From Narcine bancroftii (taxonomy: Eukaryota), in the NCBI RefSeq assembly GCF_036971445.1, contig NC_091474.1, positions 216,442,001-216,506,000 of the forward strand: 64,000 nucleotides of DNA, written 5' to 3'. Position numbers and translations under genes: made by a program. The notes under the pieces were generated by a model. It did not search any database and was not told the origin of the DNA. It saw nothing but the letters and a program-made list of their open reading frames with translations. Below, one piece after another: positions 35,545 to 48,337 of this stretch (position 1 is the stretch's first letter; each line of letters begins with the position of its first letter).

Positions 35545-37420
35545 AAAGAAATTAGAAAGGCCAAAAAAAGGCATGAAGAGTCTTTGGCTGACAGAGTAAA
35601 AATAAATCCAAAGGGTTTCTATAAGTACATTAAAAGTAAAAGATTAGTGAGGGATAAAATTGGACCCCTTGTAGATAGTGAGGGTAGGATGAGTGAGAAG
35701 TCAAAGGAAATGGGGGAAATTTTGAATGATTTCTTTGCCTCTGTATTCACTGGGGAAAAAAATATTGAACCAGGTGAGGAAAAGAAAAATAGTGTGGAGG
35801 TCATGAAGCATATAAGGATAACCGAGGAGGTAGTGATAGCTGTGTTGAAAAAGATAAAGGTGGATAAATCTCCCGGACTGGACAAAATATTCCCAAGGAC
35901 ACTCAGGGAGGCTAGTTGACAGATAGTGCGGCCATTAACAGAGATATTTAGGATGTCACTGGCCACGGGGGTAGTGCCAAAGGATTGGAGGGTGGCGCAT
36001 GTGGTTCTGCTGTTTAAGAAAGGGTCTAAATGTAAACCTGGGAATTATAGGCCCGTGAGTCTGACGTCTGTGGTGGGCAAGTTGATGGAAAGTGTTCTGA
36101 GGGATGGTATTTACAAATATTTGGAGGTACAGGGACTGCTAGGGAGTAATCAGCATGGTTTTGTCAGGGGTAGATCATGCTTGACAAACCTGATTGAGTT
36201 TTTCGAGGGGGTTACAAAAAAGGTTGATGAAGGGAAAGCTGTGGATGTTGTCTATTTAGACTTTAGTAAAGCTTTTGGCAAAGTTCCCCACAGGAGGTTA
36301 GGAAAAAAGGTGGAGGCATTAGGTATAAATGAGGAGGTAGTGAAATGGATTCAGCAATGGTTGGATGGGAGGTGTCAGAGAGCAGTGGTAGAAAATTGTT
36401 TGTCCAATTGGAGGCCGGTGACTAGTGGAGTTCCTCAGGGATCGGTCCTGGGTCCACTATTGTTTGTTATATATATTAACGATCTGGAAGTAGGGGTGGA
36501 GAATTGGATAAGCAAGTTTGCGAATGATACAAAGATTGGTGGTGTTGTGGACAGTGAGGAAGATTACTGTAGATTAAAAGGTGATTTAGGAAGGCTGGAG
36601 GTGTGGGCTGCGAAATGGCTGATGGAATTTAATACAGATAAGTGTGAGGTGTTACATTTTGGTCATATGCATTAAATTAATATTGAGATGTGCAGAGCAA
36701 CAAAGGGATTTAGGAGTTGTGGTAAATAGTACCCTCAAGGCTGATACTCAAGTAGATGGTGTGGTGAAGAAGGCATTTGGAATGTTGGCCTTCATAAATC
36801 GGAGTATTGAATTCAAGAGTAGGGAGGTTATGATGAAATTGTACAAGGCATTGGTGAGGCCAAATTTGGAGTACTGTGTACAGTTCTGGTCACCAAATTA
36901 TAGGAAAGATATAAACAAAATAGAGAGAGTGCAGAGAAGGTTCACGAGAATATTGACAGGATTTCAAGGTTTGAGTTACAGGAAAAGGTTGTGCAGACTG
37001 GGGCTTTTTTCTCTGGAGCGTAGAAGATTGAGAGGGGATTTGATAGAGGTGTTTAAGATTTTAAAAGGGACAGACAGAGTAAACGTGGATAGGCTTTTTC
37101 AATTAAGAGTGGGGGAAGATTCAAACTGGAGGGCATGGTTTAAGATTGAAGGGGGAAAATTATAAGGGGAACATTAGGGGAAATTTCTTTACGCAAAGGG
37201 TGGTAGGGATGTGGAATGAGCTTCCGACAGACGTGGTCGAGGCGGGATCATTGGTTACATTTAAGGAAAGACTGGATAGTTACGTGCATAGGAGAGGACT
37301 GGAGGGGTATGGACCGGGTGCTGGTCAGTGGGACTAGGAGGGTGGGGATTTGTTACAGCATGGACTAGTAGGGCTGAACTGGCCTGTTCTGTGCTGTAAG
37401 TGGTTATATGGTTATATGGA
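35545..37420 (+). mobile_element. Young CR1 LINE, 5'-truncated, RT domain and 3' UTR
   Basis: ORFs 35584-35919, 35926-36675 (NYRPVSLTS, QHGF, YLDFSKAF, SGVPQGSVLGP, KFANDTK), 36644-37165, 37146-37337; tail ATATGGTTATATGG. Confidence 0.95.
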
Positions 37421-37729
37421 TATTTAAAAAACCTCTTTGATGGGCATATGCATGCAAGACAAATGGGGGTGGGTGGGGGGTTACAGGTGTGAGGTAGAGA
37501 AGCCTGAGTGGATTGCAGAGTAGTTTTACATGGGTCAGCATAATATCATGAGCTAAAGGCCTGAACTTTGCTGTAATGTTTTAATTTCAACATGAGCATT
37601 GAGATCTTCTGTGGATATTATTGCAAGCTTCCACCTGTGACTTTTTAGACTTGACAGTGCAAGTAAAGGTCTCTGACAGTGGCAGATGACATGTCATGCC
37701 TCAGTTAGCAAAACATGACAACATTCACA

Positions 37730-39460
37730 ACCTTATTTTGTTCTCACCTTCAATAATTTCTCTTTTGACTTATCCCACTTTCTCCAAGTCAAAGGGGTAG
37801 CCATGGGTAACCACAAGATTCCCATCTGTGCTTGTCTTTTTGTTGGTTATGTGGAGCATTTAAGGCTCCTCAACTCTTCCTCCACTATAATGGTGTTACC
37901 TTGTGCACCCATCATAAGCTCATCAACTTTGCCCACTTTGCTGTTAATGTTCATCCCAACCTCAGATTCTCTTGGTCCATCTCTGGTGATACTCTCCTTT
38001 TTTTTGATCTAAACTTTCTGCAGATATTTCGACAAACCAACCAAATACCACAATTAGCTCAACTGTGTAGCTGTACGCTTGGAACCAGCGCTAAATGTTC
38101 CTGTCTTGTGACAGCCAGACACAACAGCCTTATATCTACTGGCAATTAGCCACCGGCAACCTGGCCTACTCAACATAGCTACGTCATGAGGTCATTAACA
38201 CTTCAGATGTCTTGACACCAGGTCACATGTTGTGTGTCGATATTATGTTTGGTTAAATTGTAATAAACACTTTTCCCTTTGCTAGCTGACAACTTCAGGT
38301 GAGGTCTTGTTAAATGAACATGATGTGGTATGAGTACAAACATCATCTGCCACAAATATACCTTTTTACACCCTGCCCCCTGTTAGGATTCTATTCAGTT
38401 TTCTTAATTCCTCCATCTCATCTGCTTCTAGAATGAGGCCTTCCATTCCAGATTATCCGAAATGTCCTCCTTCTTCAAAAAGTGTGGCTTCCCCTCTATC
38501 ACCAGAAACTCAGCCCTTTTCTACATCTCCACCATTTCCTGCACACCTGCCCTAGCCCCCTCTGCCCCATAGGTGCACAAGGATATAATTCTCCTTGTCC
38601 TCACCTACCACCCCACCATCCTCTGCAATTTCCATCAAACACAACATGATTCCAACCACCAAACATATCTTTCCCTCTCTGCCTTCCACAGGGACTGTTC
38701 CCTCTATGACTCCCTTATCCACTCATCCCTTCTCACCGATCATCCTCTTGCTACCTACCTAAATGACTGCAGAAAGAGCCACCAGTACACCCACATATCC
38801 TCCCTCACCACCATTCAGAGCCAAAAACAGTCCTTCCATGTGAAGCAACACTTCACTTGTGAATCTGCAGGTGATCCCATTGTGATTTTCTCCATATCAG
38901 ACAGAATGGATGTAGTCTGGGTGATTGTTTCATTCAGCACCTTTGCTCTCTCCACAGCAATACCCGGATCTCCAGTGGCTGACCATTTCACATCCATGCC
39001 CCACTCTCGCACCAACATGTCTATCCATGAACTTGTGCACTGACAAACTGAGGCCACCCATTATTTGAAGGAGCAACACCCAATGTTCTCTCTGGGGACT
39101 CTCCATCCAGATGGCATTAACCGAATGCTCCAGTTTCCTTTATCCCACTCCTTGTCTTCCTCTCTCCTCATCCTTCTATTTCTTTTCCTCCAGCTCTTTG
39201 CCCCCTTTCCTTTCCATGCAGAGAGCTATCCCTTCCCCCATTATTTCTCACATTTTTTCTTCTTGTGGCCTCCCACCCATATCTACCTATTGCCTGTGGT
39301 CCTCTCTCTCCCTCTCCCACCATTTTATTCAGGCACCTGCCTACTTTTTGTTTATACCTTGTTGAAAGGTCAGGCCCAAAATGTTGGTTATGTATTTTAT
39401 CTTTGCTACGTAAAGAAACCTGCATGACTTGCTGAGTTTCTCCTGCGTTTTTGAGTAAAC
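37730..39460 (+). mobile_element. Penelope-like element (RT remnant, GIY-YIG, pLTR), degenerate
   Basis: HFLQVKGVAMG, ACLFVGYVE, ILLVLTYHPT, SFHVKQHFTCES, VADHF, EQHPMFSLGTLHPDGIN; terminal motif 39359-39450. Confidence 0.85.
38066..38354 (+). mobile_element. Short solo LTR inside a Penelope-like element
   Basis: TGTAGC...GCCACA termini, AATAAA at about 38262; interrupts the HNYLNYT-like coding stretch; TSD degenerate (ACTG/AATA). Confidence 0.55.
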
Positions 39461-39759
39461 CCCATTTACAACCTGATGTCCTGCCTTCAACAGGAAGATA
39501 ATTCATCCTCTCCAGGGCAATAACATACTTCCCTTGGTGTGGCAGTCAGAAGTGTTTACAATAGTGCAGTTATGGACTAACTTAAATGTTGTAACATTGC
39601 ACTATAGACATCTTGCATTTGTATGCATTCCTTAGCTAATGAAAGTGTGCCTTCTTCACCACTTGTCTACTGACTGATATCCAAATTAAAAGAATCATTG
39701 GACATGTACACCAAGGTCTCTATAGCTTCGGACTTCCAAGGGATCTAACATTCATGTGT

Positions 39760-40680
39760 AAAAGCATTGAGGTGCAGAGGAATCTGGCTGTCCATGTCCA
39801 TAGCCCATTCAAAGAGACCACGTAAGTTGATCGAGTGGTAAAGGTGTGTGGTATTCATGACCTCATTGGAGCATAAAAGTGGGGAGGTCTAATTGCAGCT
39901 TTAATAAACTTTGGTTCAGCTTCACTTGGAATATTGAGTTAAATTCTGGTCACCCCACTACAGGAAGGATGTTGAGGCTTTACAAAAGTAGAGAAGATGT
40001 TTACCAGGTTGTTGCCTCATTTAGCATGTATGGGTTATGTAGATAGATTGAACAAAAGTAGTTTGTTTACTCAGGGACAGTAGAACTCACTTTCCACCTT
40101 AAGGAATCCCTATGCCATAAATGTGATTGCTAAGGGATTGCTTAAGGTGGTAAGTGAGTGGGAAGGGAATGTGGAGAACCACTGCTCTAGACCCAATTGT
40201 TACTGAATTATTTTTCATCAGAAAAATTATCATGGGCACAATTCCTTTGGAGTTACAAAACAGTGCACATAATGAGTCAATTAGGTACGATTAAAACAGT
40301 GGTTTTCAAACATTTTCTTCCTACCCACATACTACCTTAAGCAATCTCTTACTAATCACAGAGCATCTATGACAAAGGGATTACTTCAAGTGGAAAGTGA
40401 GATTAGGGAGGCAGTTTGAAAACCACTGCTCTAGAGCATAGAAGGTGAGGAGAAACCTAATAGAGGTGGACAAAATCACAAATGATTCAGAATCTTTTCC
40501 CCAGGGCAGTGTCACACACGAGAGGATGAGGTTTAAAGGAGATGTGTGGGACAAATATTTTACCGAGGGGTGGGCGACTAGAACAGGCCATAGTGGTGGA
40601 AGCAATTACAACAATAGTGTTGATGAGGTTTCTAGATAGACACATGAATAGGATGGGAATAGAAAGAGATCTATTAAGGG
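39760..40680 (+). mobile_element. Old CR1 3' remnant, interrupted by a MITE
   Basis: VQRNLAVHVH, FWSPHYRKDVEAL, SLEHRR.RNLIEV. Confidence 0.6.
40085..40428. mobile_element. hAT-Charlie-type composite MITE (copy 1, left end lost)
   Basis: TIR-like GAGAACCACTG (ends 40184), CAGTGGTTTTCAAA (40297) and GAAAACCACTG (ends 40428), followed by CTCTAGAG (Charlie NTCTAGAN target consensus); reverse-complement homologue of 61277-61653. Confidence 0.8.
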
Positions 40681-40819
40681 AAAGCAGTAAATTTTGACTT
40701 TGATTTAGGTAGAGTTTTCAGTGTTCCTGTGTTGCTCAGAATTAACTGAGGAATAAGTAGATCAGTGATGTTCTATGTTGTATACTGTATCCCAAAGCCA
40801 TGCTGATTGTTACAATGTT

Positions 40820-41135
40820 AGAATCAGAATTCATTGTCATGAACAACAATGCAAAACAACAAATTTCTTGACAAGAGCAAATATCGCTATATATTACATT
40901 TAAAAATAAATAAATTAGTGTAAAAGAAGAGAAACTGAGGTAGTGTCTGCGGTTCAGATTCTGATGGGAGAGGGAAAGAAAATGTTTTTGTACTGCTGGA
41001 TCTTTGTCTTCAGGTTCCTGTACCTCCTTCCTGATTGTAGAAGTGTGAAGAGGGTGTGGTGGTGAGGGTCTTTGAGAATAGAAGCTCCTTGATTATGACA
41101 CTGCCTCTTATCGATGTCCTCGATGGAGTAAAGAC
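40820..41135 (-). mobile_element. Rex1/Babar LINE 3' fragment
   Basis: Minus strand LYSIEDIDKRQCH..ASILKDPHHHT..LLQSGRRYRNLKTK; similar to 44040-44260. Confidence 0.65.
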
Positions 41136-41179
41136 TATTAGGTTAATTAGAGACTATAAATTGGCTCAGTGTAGGTGAT

Positions 41180-41383
41180 TAATGAGAGAACCTCACTGAC
41201 AAAAGACAAAGGAGGAAAAACCCAACACCCAACCCCAACCAACCAATTTTCCCCTGCAACCGCTGCAACCGTGTCTGCCTGTCCCGCATCGGACTTGTCA
41301 GCCACAATCGAGCCTGCAGCTGACGTGGACTTTTACCCCCTCCATAAATCTTCGTCCACGAAGCCAAGCTAAAGAAGAAAAGA
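41180..41383 (+). mobile_element. RTE LINE 3' fragment
   Basis: Closely similar to the reverse complement of 28941-29130; ends GAAGCCAAGCTAAAGAAGAAAAGAA. Confidence 0.9.
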
Positions 41384-41417
41384 ACTAATGAGCATAAGAG
41401 ATGTAAAAGTAGATGAC

Positions 41418-41636
41418 ACAATTTTCTTGTTTATTTTCATTGTGTGATGACATTGTTTAATGGGTTTCATGCATTGTATATGTTGAACGTTGAGTGGGTG
41501 GCGAGGGGGGGGTGAAGGAGGAAGGGAAGGGAGGGGGAAAAGGGGAGAAAATGACACTGTGTATATTCAAGAGGGAAATGTTTATGTGTATTTGGTCAGT
41601 ATAGTGTGAAAAATTTTAAAAAATTATTAAAAAAAG
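41418..41636 (+). mobile_element. L1/Tx1 3' UTR fragment
   Basis: Reverse-complement match to 22710-22922; G-rich tract and A-rich tail. Confidence 0.75.
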
Positions 41637-43884
41637 AAAGAGAGTAAGTTACAGAGGAACACATGGGAAAATGGACTTCCCTGAGATGTGGCATAGATTC
41701 CCTGAAAATATCATTAATATTAAAAATGGCTGAGAGTGGATGTTTATCTGTATCTTTAAAAAAAACTAGTTTTTCATGTAAATGGTTAATCAGCTAATGT
41801 AAAAAAAACTTCCACAGGTGGTAACATGTGGGAGAACTGCAGTTGTTAATGGGTACGAGCGTGGAAATGTTGCTTGATTGTATTGCTAACTTGATGAGCA
41901 GAGTGGCCTCTGTTGCAAGGAAATATGAGGAAATGGTATGGAGAATGGCTGGAAAAACCACAATAAAGATGGAACGATAATGGAAGCAAAACACCAAGGC
42001 TCCCAACAGTTTTTCAACAAAATTACTTATTGACTTGTAAAAAGAAATCAGAGAAGGGCCTTCTGCTAATCATTAATAATTACAGTTTTGCAAAACAAAC
42101 CTGTTTCCCTCAATCTATTATTCTTCGCACAACAAGAATAGAAAGTCAGTGATTACATTTAGTTCAGGAAATTGAAGTTGCTCTACCTTTGCTCATCAAA
42201 TTCTAATGAAGTAGTGAAAATGAATATCAGTGGAGCTGATAGTGTGATTATTTTAAAACAAGTCAGATCCCAGGGCCCTCTGCTATTATTCAAATATCTC
42301 ACCACTCCTGCATCGAGTCTTATCCTTGTATAGACCTAATTAAAGAAATTAAAAAGTGAGGGTTTGTTATTGTTATAAAGTAATCTGATTTGACAGCAGC
42401 TTGCTAAAACATATAGACAGCTAACAAAATTTATTTCAAAGCAGCCGGTTGTTAGAAAAACACTACAACTGCTATCAACAGATAAGATCTCAGTGGATAT
42501 CAGCGTGACCTAACGATATTTGTGAAATGTTCTCAAAATTACATTTATATTCCCTTGCATATTGCACAGCTTCAGTCAGCAGATGAAAGCAGCTTGTGCC
42601 CAGTCATTCAATAAATCACTATATCTGATTACTAGCTTAGATGTGCCACAGTTTTAGCTGTGCATCAACACCAAAATGTCAAAAATATTCAGGAGACAGG
42701 CCCCAGTCAGATTTTGTAACCCACTAGAGTGACACAGTGAACATTTTAATGATATAAAGCATACCTCATTTAGGCTTTTAAAGTATGTAGATATGGTATG
42801 ATAGGATATATGGGTCTATTGTCATATACATAAGGACAATGCAACCACACAGATACACAAGCTCTACCAAGAGAATATATTAAATTACCATAATTCACCT
42901 TGAGACAGATAAAGAGATAAATAACAAATAGAAAAGTAATTACAGTTGCAGTAAATGCAAAAAAAAGCTGATGTTTCAAAGTACAGAAAGGTATTTTGGT
43001 GAAACCAAAATAATTTATGGTTTGGGTAATTCAGAGACCTTTGAGAGCCTGATAGTTGTTCACTATTAACAATCTTAGTTCTTATCTTTTCTGCCCAAGG
43101 GAACAATCCCTCTCCAACAGTAGCGTTCATGGTTTTAAGTACCTAAAACTGAACTGTTTGCAACATCTTCTGTTCCAAGGAAATGAACACTATCATCTCC
43201 TTCCCTCATCTCTTGAAACACAAAAGGAGAGGTAAAGAAAAGATTTACTAAAGTCACAGATATGGGATATGGAAACAGGCAATCAACCACCTATTCACAG
43301 TAATCCCATTTTTATTCTCCCCGCATTCTCACGCACAGAGTGATGTTCAAAACTGGACAATGCTTTTTATGTGGATAAAACTGTGTTTTATGTTCTTGTC
43401 ACTTTACAACATTAATTGGTTTACTCATGGGGTGTCTTTTGCTTGAGATTTTCAACCAAGAGACCAAGGTCAACACTGGATAGTTCAATGTATGCACTTT
43501 AAAAGAAAATACAGGGAATATCTCCCCACACCCCCACCCTAAAGTCCAAATCAATATTCATTCTTCAGTTATCATCACTGAAAAAGATTGCCTAGCCATG
43601 ATTACACTGTTGGTGGAAATTCAGAATACATAATCTAACAGTCACACTTTCTACTGCATTTAAAAAGTACTCAAATAGCAGTAAAATACGAAGATACCCT
43701 GCAGGTGCTGAATGAACATTCTTTCTTTTCTTTCTTTGAAGGAATTTCAGGATCTCCACAAATTTACTGATAATCTGGGACAAGCATTTATGGAAATGGA
43801 GTGTTGGGGGTGGGGAGGGGGTGGGAGGGGGGTAGATGGGTAGAAAAAAAAGAAAAGAAACAAAAGATGATGCAAAAAATTTTC

Positions 43885-44795
43885 AGAATCAAATTCAGAA
43901 TCTATTATCATGAACAAGATAAGAAATTCAGTGTTTTGTGGTAGCATCAAACATTCACATTATATCCACCTTACAGCAATAACTATAGAAAAAGAAAATA
44001 ATTAATTACAATAATGGTGCATGAAAAGTAAGGCAATGTCTTTGGTTCATTGATTATTCAGGAATCTGATGGTAGTGGGGAAGAAGCTGTCCTTGTGCCA
44101 CTGAGTGCTCATCTTTAGGCTCCTGTACCTTTTTTCTTGATGGTAGCAGAGCGAAGAGGGCATGGCTGGGGAGGTGGGGGGGGAGGGTCTTTGAGGATAG
44201 AGGCTGCTTTTTTAAGACACCGCCTCACGTAGATGCCCTCGATGGAGTGAAGTCTGGAACCTCTGATGTTGTAGGCTGAGTTAACAAGCCTCTGAAGTAT
44301 ATTTTTATCCTGAGAGTTGGCACCTCCATACCAGGTGGTGATGCAGCAGCCAAAGTGCTCTCCACGGTACACCTGTAGAAGTTTATGAGAGTCTTCCATA
44401 ACATACCAAACTGCCTCAGACATCTCGCAAAGTTATAGCCGCTGGTGAGCCTTCTTTGTGATTGCATCAATGTGGAGGCTCCAGGTCAGATCCTCGGAGA
44501 TGTTGACATGCAGGAATTTGAAGTTCTTGACCCTCTCCACTACTAAGCCCTCATTGAGAACTTGGTCATGTTCCCCTGACTTCCTCCTGATGTCCACAAC
44601 CATTTCATTGGTTTTGATGATGTTGAGCACAAGGTTATTGTCATTAAACAATTCAAAGAGCTGATCTGTCTCCCTCCTGTACTCTTCCTCATTTCTGTCT
44701 GTGATCCTGCTGCCAACTGTGATGTCATCGAAAGCTTGTAGATGGCATTGGAATTGTGCCAGGCCCCATAGTCATTGGTATATAATGAATAGAAC
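43885..44795 (-). mobile_element. Rex1/Babar LINE RT C-terminal part and 3' end
   Basis: NNLVLNIIKTNEMVVDIRR, VERVKNFKFL, WSLHIDAITKKAHQRL, INFYRCTVES, ASILKDP; tail ATGATAATAGATTCTGA. Confidence 0.85.
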
Positions 44796-45469
44796 AGTGT
44801 ATTCTTTTTTTTTAAACTTTATTTATTTGTTCAAAAAACAAATAATATATGACATATACAGCAATTAAACATGAACATGAACATATTTTTTATAATATAT
44901 AAAAAAAAACCCAGTGTATTCAGAGATATACTAGCCATACACAACAAAATATATCCTGATCAAATCAGTCTCCTCATGGAAGGATACAAAATGTAATTAT
45001 TTTAGTTAAAACCTTGGTGGATCTCTGATAGTTTCAAAATTGTCCACAGAATCACAGAAAAATGTTATAAATTGCTTCAATCTAGATTCTGCTCCAGTCA
45101 GTATTACTGTCTCCAATCTGGAAGTTTCAGGTACTCCAATAGCTTTCATTTGGCTCTGCATATTTTCAGGGGCCTGGCCTATGATCATTGAGGTCTGTGA
45201 TTTAACAAATCCTCCCAGGCAGGTTGGCTACTCATAGATGGTCTTCCAGAATAAATTTGATGGCCATTTTAGAGTATAATGAGAGTCCAACAAGCATAAT
45301 TGCAGCTTCAGAACCCTACTGCTCTGTATTTGAACCAAGCATTCCACCTGCTTTGGCCAAGGGCTTTCATTTCCACTCCAACACTAAGATGCAAGTTCAA
45401 GGTGATTTTGTATTTTGACCTGGAAACTTTGTTAGTATTGTGTCCTGCTAACTACTACAAATATCTTCT

Positions 45470-46270
45470 ACATTGAGTCAGAGCATAGTGCAAAACAGTC
45501 CTTCAGCCAACTTGTCAAGGCTGAGTAAGACGACAATCTATGTTCCTGTGTTTGACCCATATCAGTCTATTATTTTCTTATCAATGTACTCATCCAAATG
45601 CTTTTTGAATATTTTAATTGTACCTGCCTCCACGATTTCTTTGTTCCATATGTCCACGATCCTTATGAAATACGCCCTGTTAAATATTCTCTCTTTCGTC
45701 TAATTCTTCTAATGTTAGGCTCCCTTACCCCAGGAAATAGTTTTCCTACCCTACATCATTTTATAAACCACCCTCTGTCTGAAGGCTGCACGGTTAACAT
45801 AGCAGTTAGCATCATGCAACTACAGCATCAGTGACTCGAGTTCGAATCGGCACTGTCTTCACATTCTTCCTGTGTCTGCGTGGGTTACATTCAGATGCTC
45901 TAGTTTCCTTCCTCCCTTCAAAACATATGGGGATTGTAGGTTAATTAGTGTATTTACTGTGCTGTATCTCTAAATTTAAATTTATCCAATCTCGCCCTAT
46001 AACTAAAGCCCTCTAATTCAGCCAATATCCTGGGGAATCTCTTCCACGCATTTTCAATTGCTATCACACCCTTTCTATTGTATAGTGACCAGAACTGCAT
46101 ACGATATTCCAAGAATGGCCTAATCAATTTCTTAGAAAGCTGCAACACAATGCCCAACTCTCATTCTTATGCTCTTATATAGACAAGTGTGAGTTAAATG
46201 TGCTCTTCTCTACCTTATCTACCAGCTTTTGAGCATTGAGCTTTGAACCTCAATGTTCCTCTGTACATCA
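45470..46270 (-). mobile_element. Old CR1 3' remnant with a SINE inserted
   Basis: ORF 45954-46157 LIRPFLEYRMQFWSLYNRKGVIAIENAWKRFPRIL. Confidence 0.6.
45783..45970 (+). mobile_element. tRNA-derived SINE (V-SINE-like)
   Basis: GGCTGCACGGTTAACATAGCAGTTAGC, B box GAGTTCGAATC, core TGTGTCTGCGTGGGTT..GCTCTAGTTTCCT. Confidence 0.7.
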
Positions 46271-47228
46271 ATATTTCAGACTCCATGGATACCAATCTTA
46301 TTTGCCAAAACGGACAAAAGACATGCTGGAAATGTTGAAATAAACTTGAAATCCTGCCTTTGCAGCATTACATTTCTGGTATTAAATTCCTACATGCTAT
46401 GTTTTGTTAATATTTTTTGCAATTCCTTGCACAAGATAGAATTCCTCAAGTTGCACACTTTCATTAACAAATTACCTTCAACTATTGGGTCATTACAATG
46501 GGTCATATTTAAACTTGTTTTCAGATCAAAGTTGCTGAATTGTCACATGCAGTTGCTTCTGAACCTGGAGCAAGGACACACTTTGACAGCACAAGCCTTC
46601 AACTGGAGTGGATTCAGTCTGATCGATTTCTTCCTGTTCAAGTGAAAAAATCACAAACATTGACAGTACACAAATATCAGACATTAAGTATGGTAGCCAT
46701 GATCATAAGATTTAGTTGTTCTGCTCCAAAGCAGACCTTGACAGTTCATTAAATCCATACTAAATCTATTTGCTCAATTAAGTCCAGATCTTCTAGGCCT
46801 TGCCAGTCTAAACATCTCTTAAATGGCATGATTACATCAATCCCATAACCTACTCTAGAACCAAGTTCCAGATAACAACCACTTAATAACTTCCTCCTCA
46901 AATCCTTCCAAAACTTCCATCTCCTTTTGATATCCCAACCTTGCATAAAAAAAGGATGAGTATCTAACCCTAACCCTATGTCTCATGGATTTTATACACC
47001 TCTATTAGGCCACTGACAACACCACTCCCCTCCCCACACCCACCCCACACCCCTTCAATCTGGGAAAAATATGCTCAGCCATTTCTTTCTCTCTCTTTAC
47101 AACTGAAATCCTCCAATCCAGGCAACATCCTGGTGAATCTCTGCTGTACCCTCTCCAGTACAATCACATCTAAAACAATACACAATGTACTAACTGCAGT
47201 CTATCCAGCATTTTGTACAGTTGCAAAA

Positions 47229-47410
47229 TGTTACGAGCTAGTTTGGGTCTAAAGGGACTTTGTTGGCATGAACACAGAAACAGCAATGGAAAATTCACCG
47301 TACAATGGTAAATTCAAATAATAGCTTTTTAATTAATCTATTAATAACATAACATTTCTTACTTATCTCCAAACCTACTTTACTCTAAATTTAACACCAT
47401 TATGCACAAA

Positions 47411-47452
<42 letters not shown>

Positions 47453-48337
47453 TGTGTGTATAATTAAAGTTCCACTCTGAAAAGTCAATCTTAAAAAATT
47501 AAGCATCATTTTAGTCTTGCTTGAAGGTCTTAAATTATCAGTTCAAAAATAATTTTAAAGTGCTTTTAAACATTATATCTTTAGGCCTTTTTACTCATTA
47601 TGTGGATTCTCTTCCATGATGAATTCACAAACCCAGTCAAAGTGGCCATACAAAAATAGTCCAAATAGAAATCTGTTCTTTTTCAAAGAGACAGGGAAAT
47701 GGTCCTCCTCATTTCAAAAGCCACTGATTCTGTGATCAATTTTTCCCAGGAGTAACAACAGCACCGATCCTAATTACAGTAACTCAACCCTGTCTTTCAC
47801 AAGGTTTTAACCCTGTGTCACAAGGGTTTTGACTTCGGAATTGTCCAAACTCAACTCTTCCAAAACCAAAACTTAAAATGTCTGAATTCAGTAATATATT
47901 TCTCCAAATCATATGACCCCCTACATCATCACTGAGGTGAGTCCCAACTCTTGCAAACCACATGACTATCAGTTTTATTTCTACAAAAATTCTGTTTCTT
48001 TTTCAAAACCATTCCATATCCATAACAATCTCTGGCCTCATCTCTGTTCAAGAGGCTTATGTGGCTTTGATTAAAAACAGATGGCTTCCTCAGAAGTTCT
48101 TAAATAATTAAGATTCATATGAAATCCATTATCTCTGTCTGTCCAAGACACATCAACTCTGAGAATGAACACTCATCTCAGAAAACAATGGTTCACTACA
48201 GATGTGCTGTGACCTGTGTGTGACCCTGTACCAACCCACAGTTAACTTAATAAGAATACAAATACAGTATTTTAACTCTATAATTAATTTTACTTTTTAT
48301 AAAAATATTGTTTAACATTAAATTAAATATTAACACA
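47229..48337 (-). mobile_element. Long solo LTR related to LTR B
   Basis: Begins TGTTACGAG; CAGCAATGGAAAATTCACCGTACAATGGT..CTTTTTAATTA parallels 17367-17426; right boundary uncertain. Confidence 0.45.
47413..47458. repeat. (TG)n microsatellite
   Basis: About 22 TG units with one interruption. Confidence 0.95.

Noticed and set aside
45006-45418. ORF MIIGQAPENMQSQMKAIGVPE... as a coding exon or restriction-like endonuclease remnant
   Set aside because: Only vague resemblance; short, with no supporting motifs or donor site.
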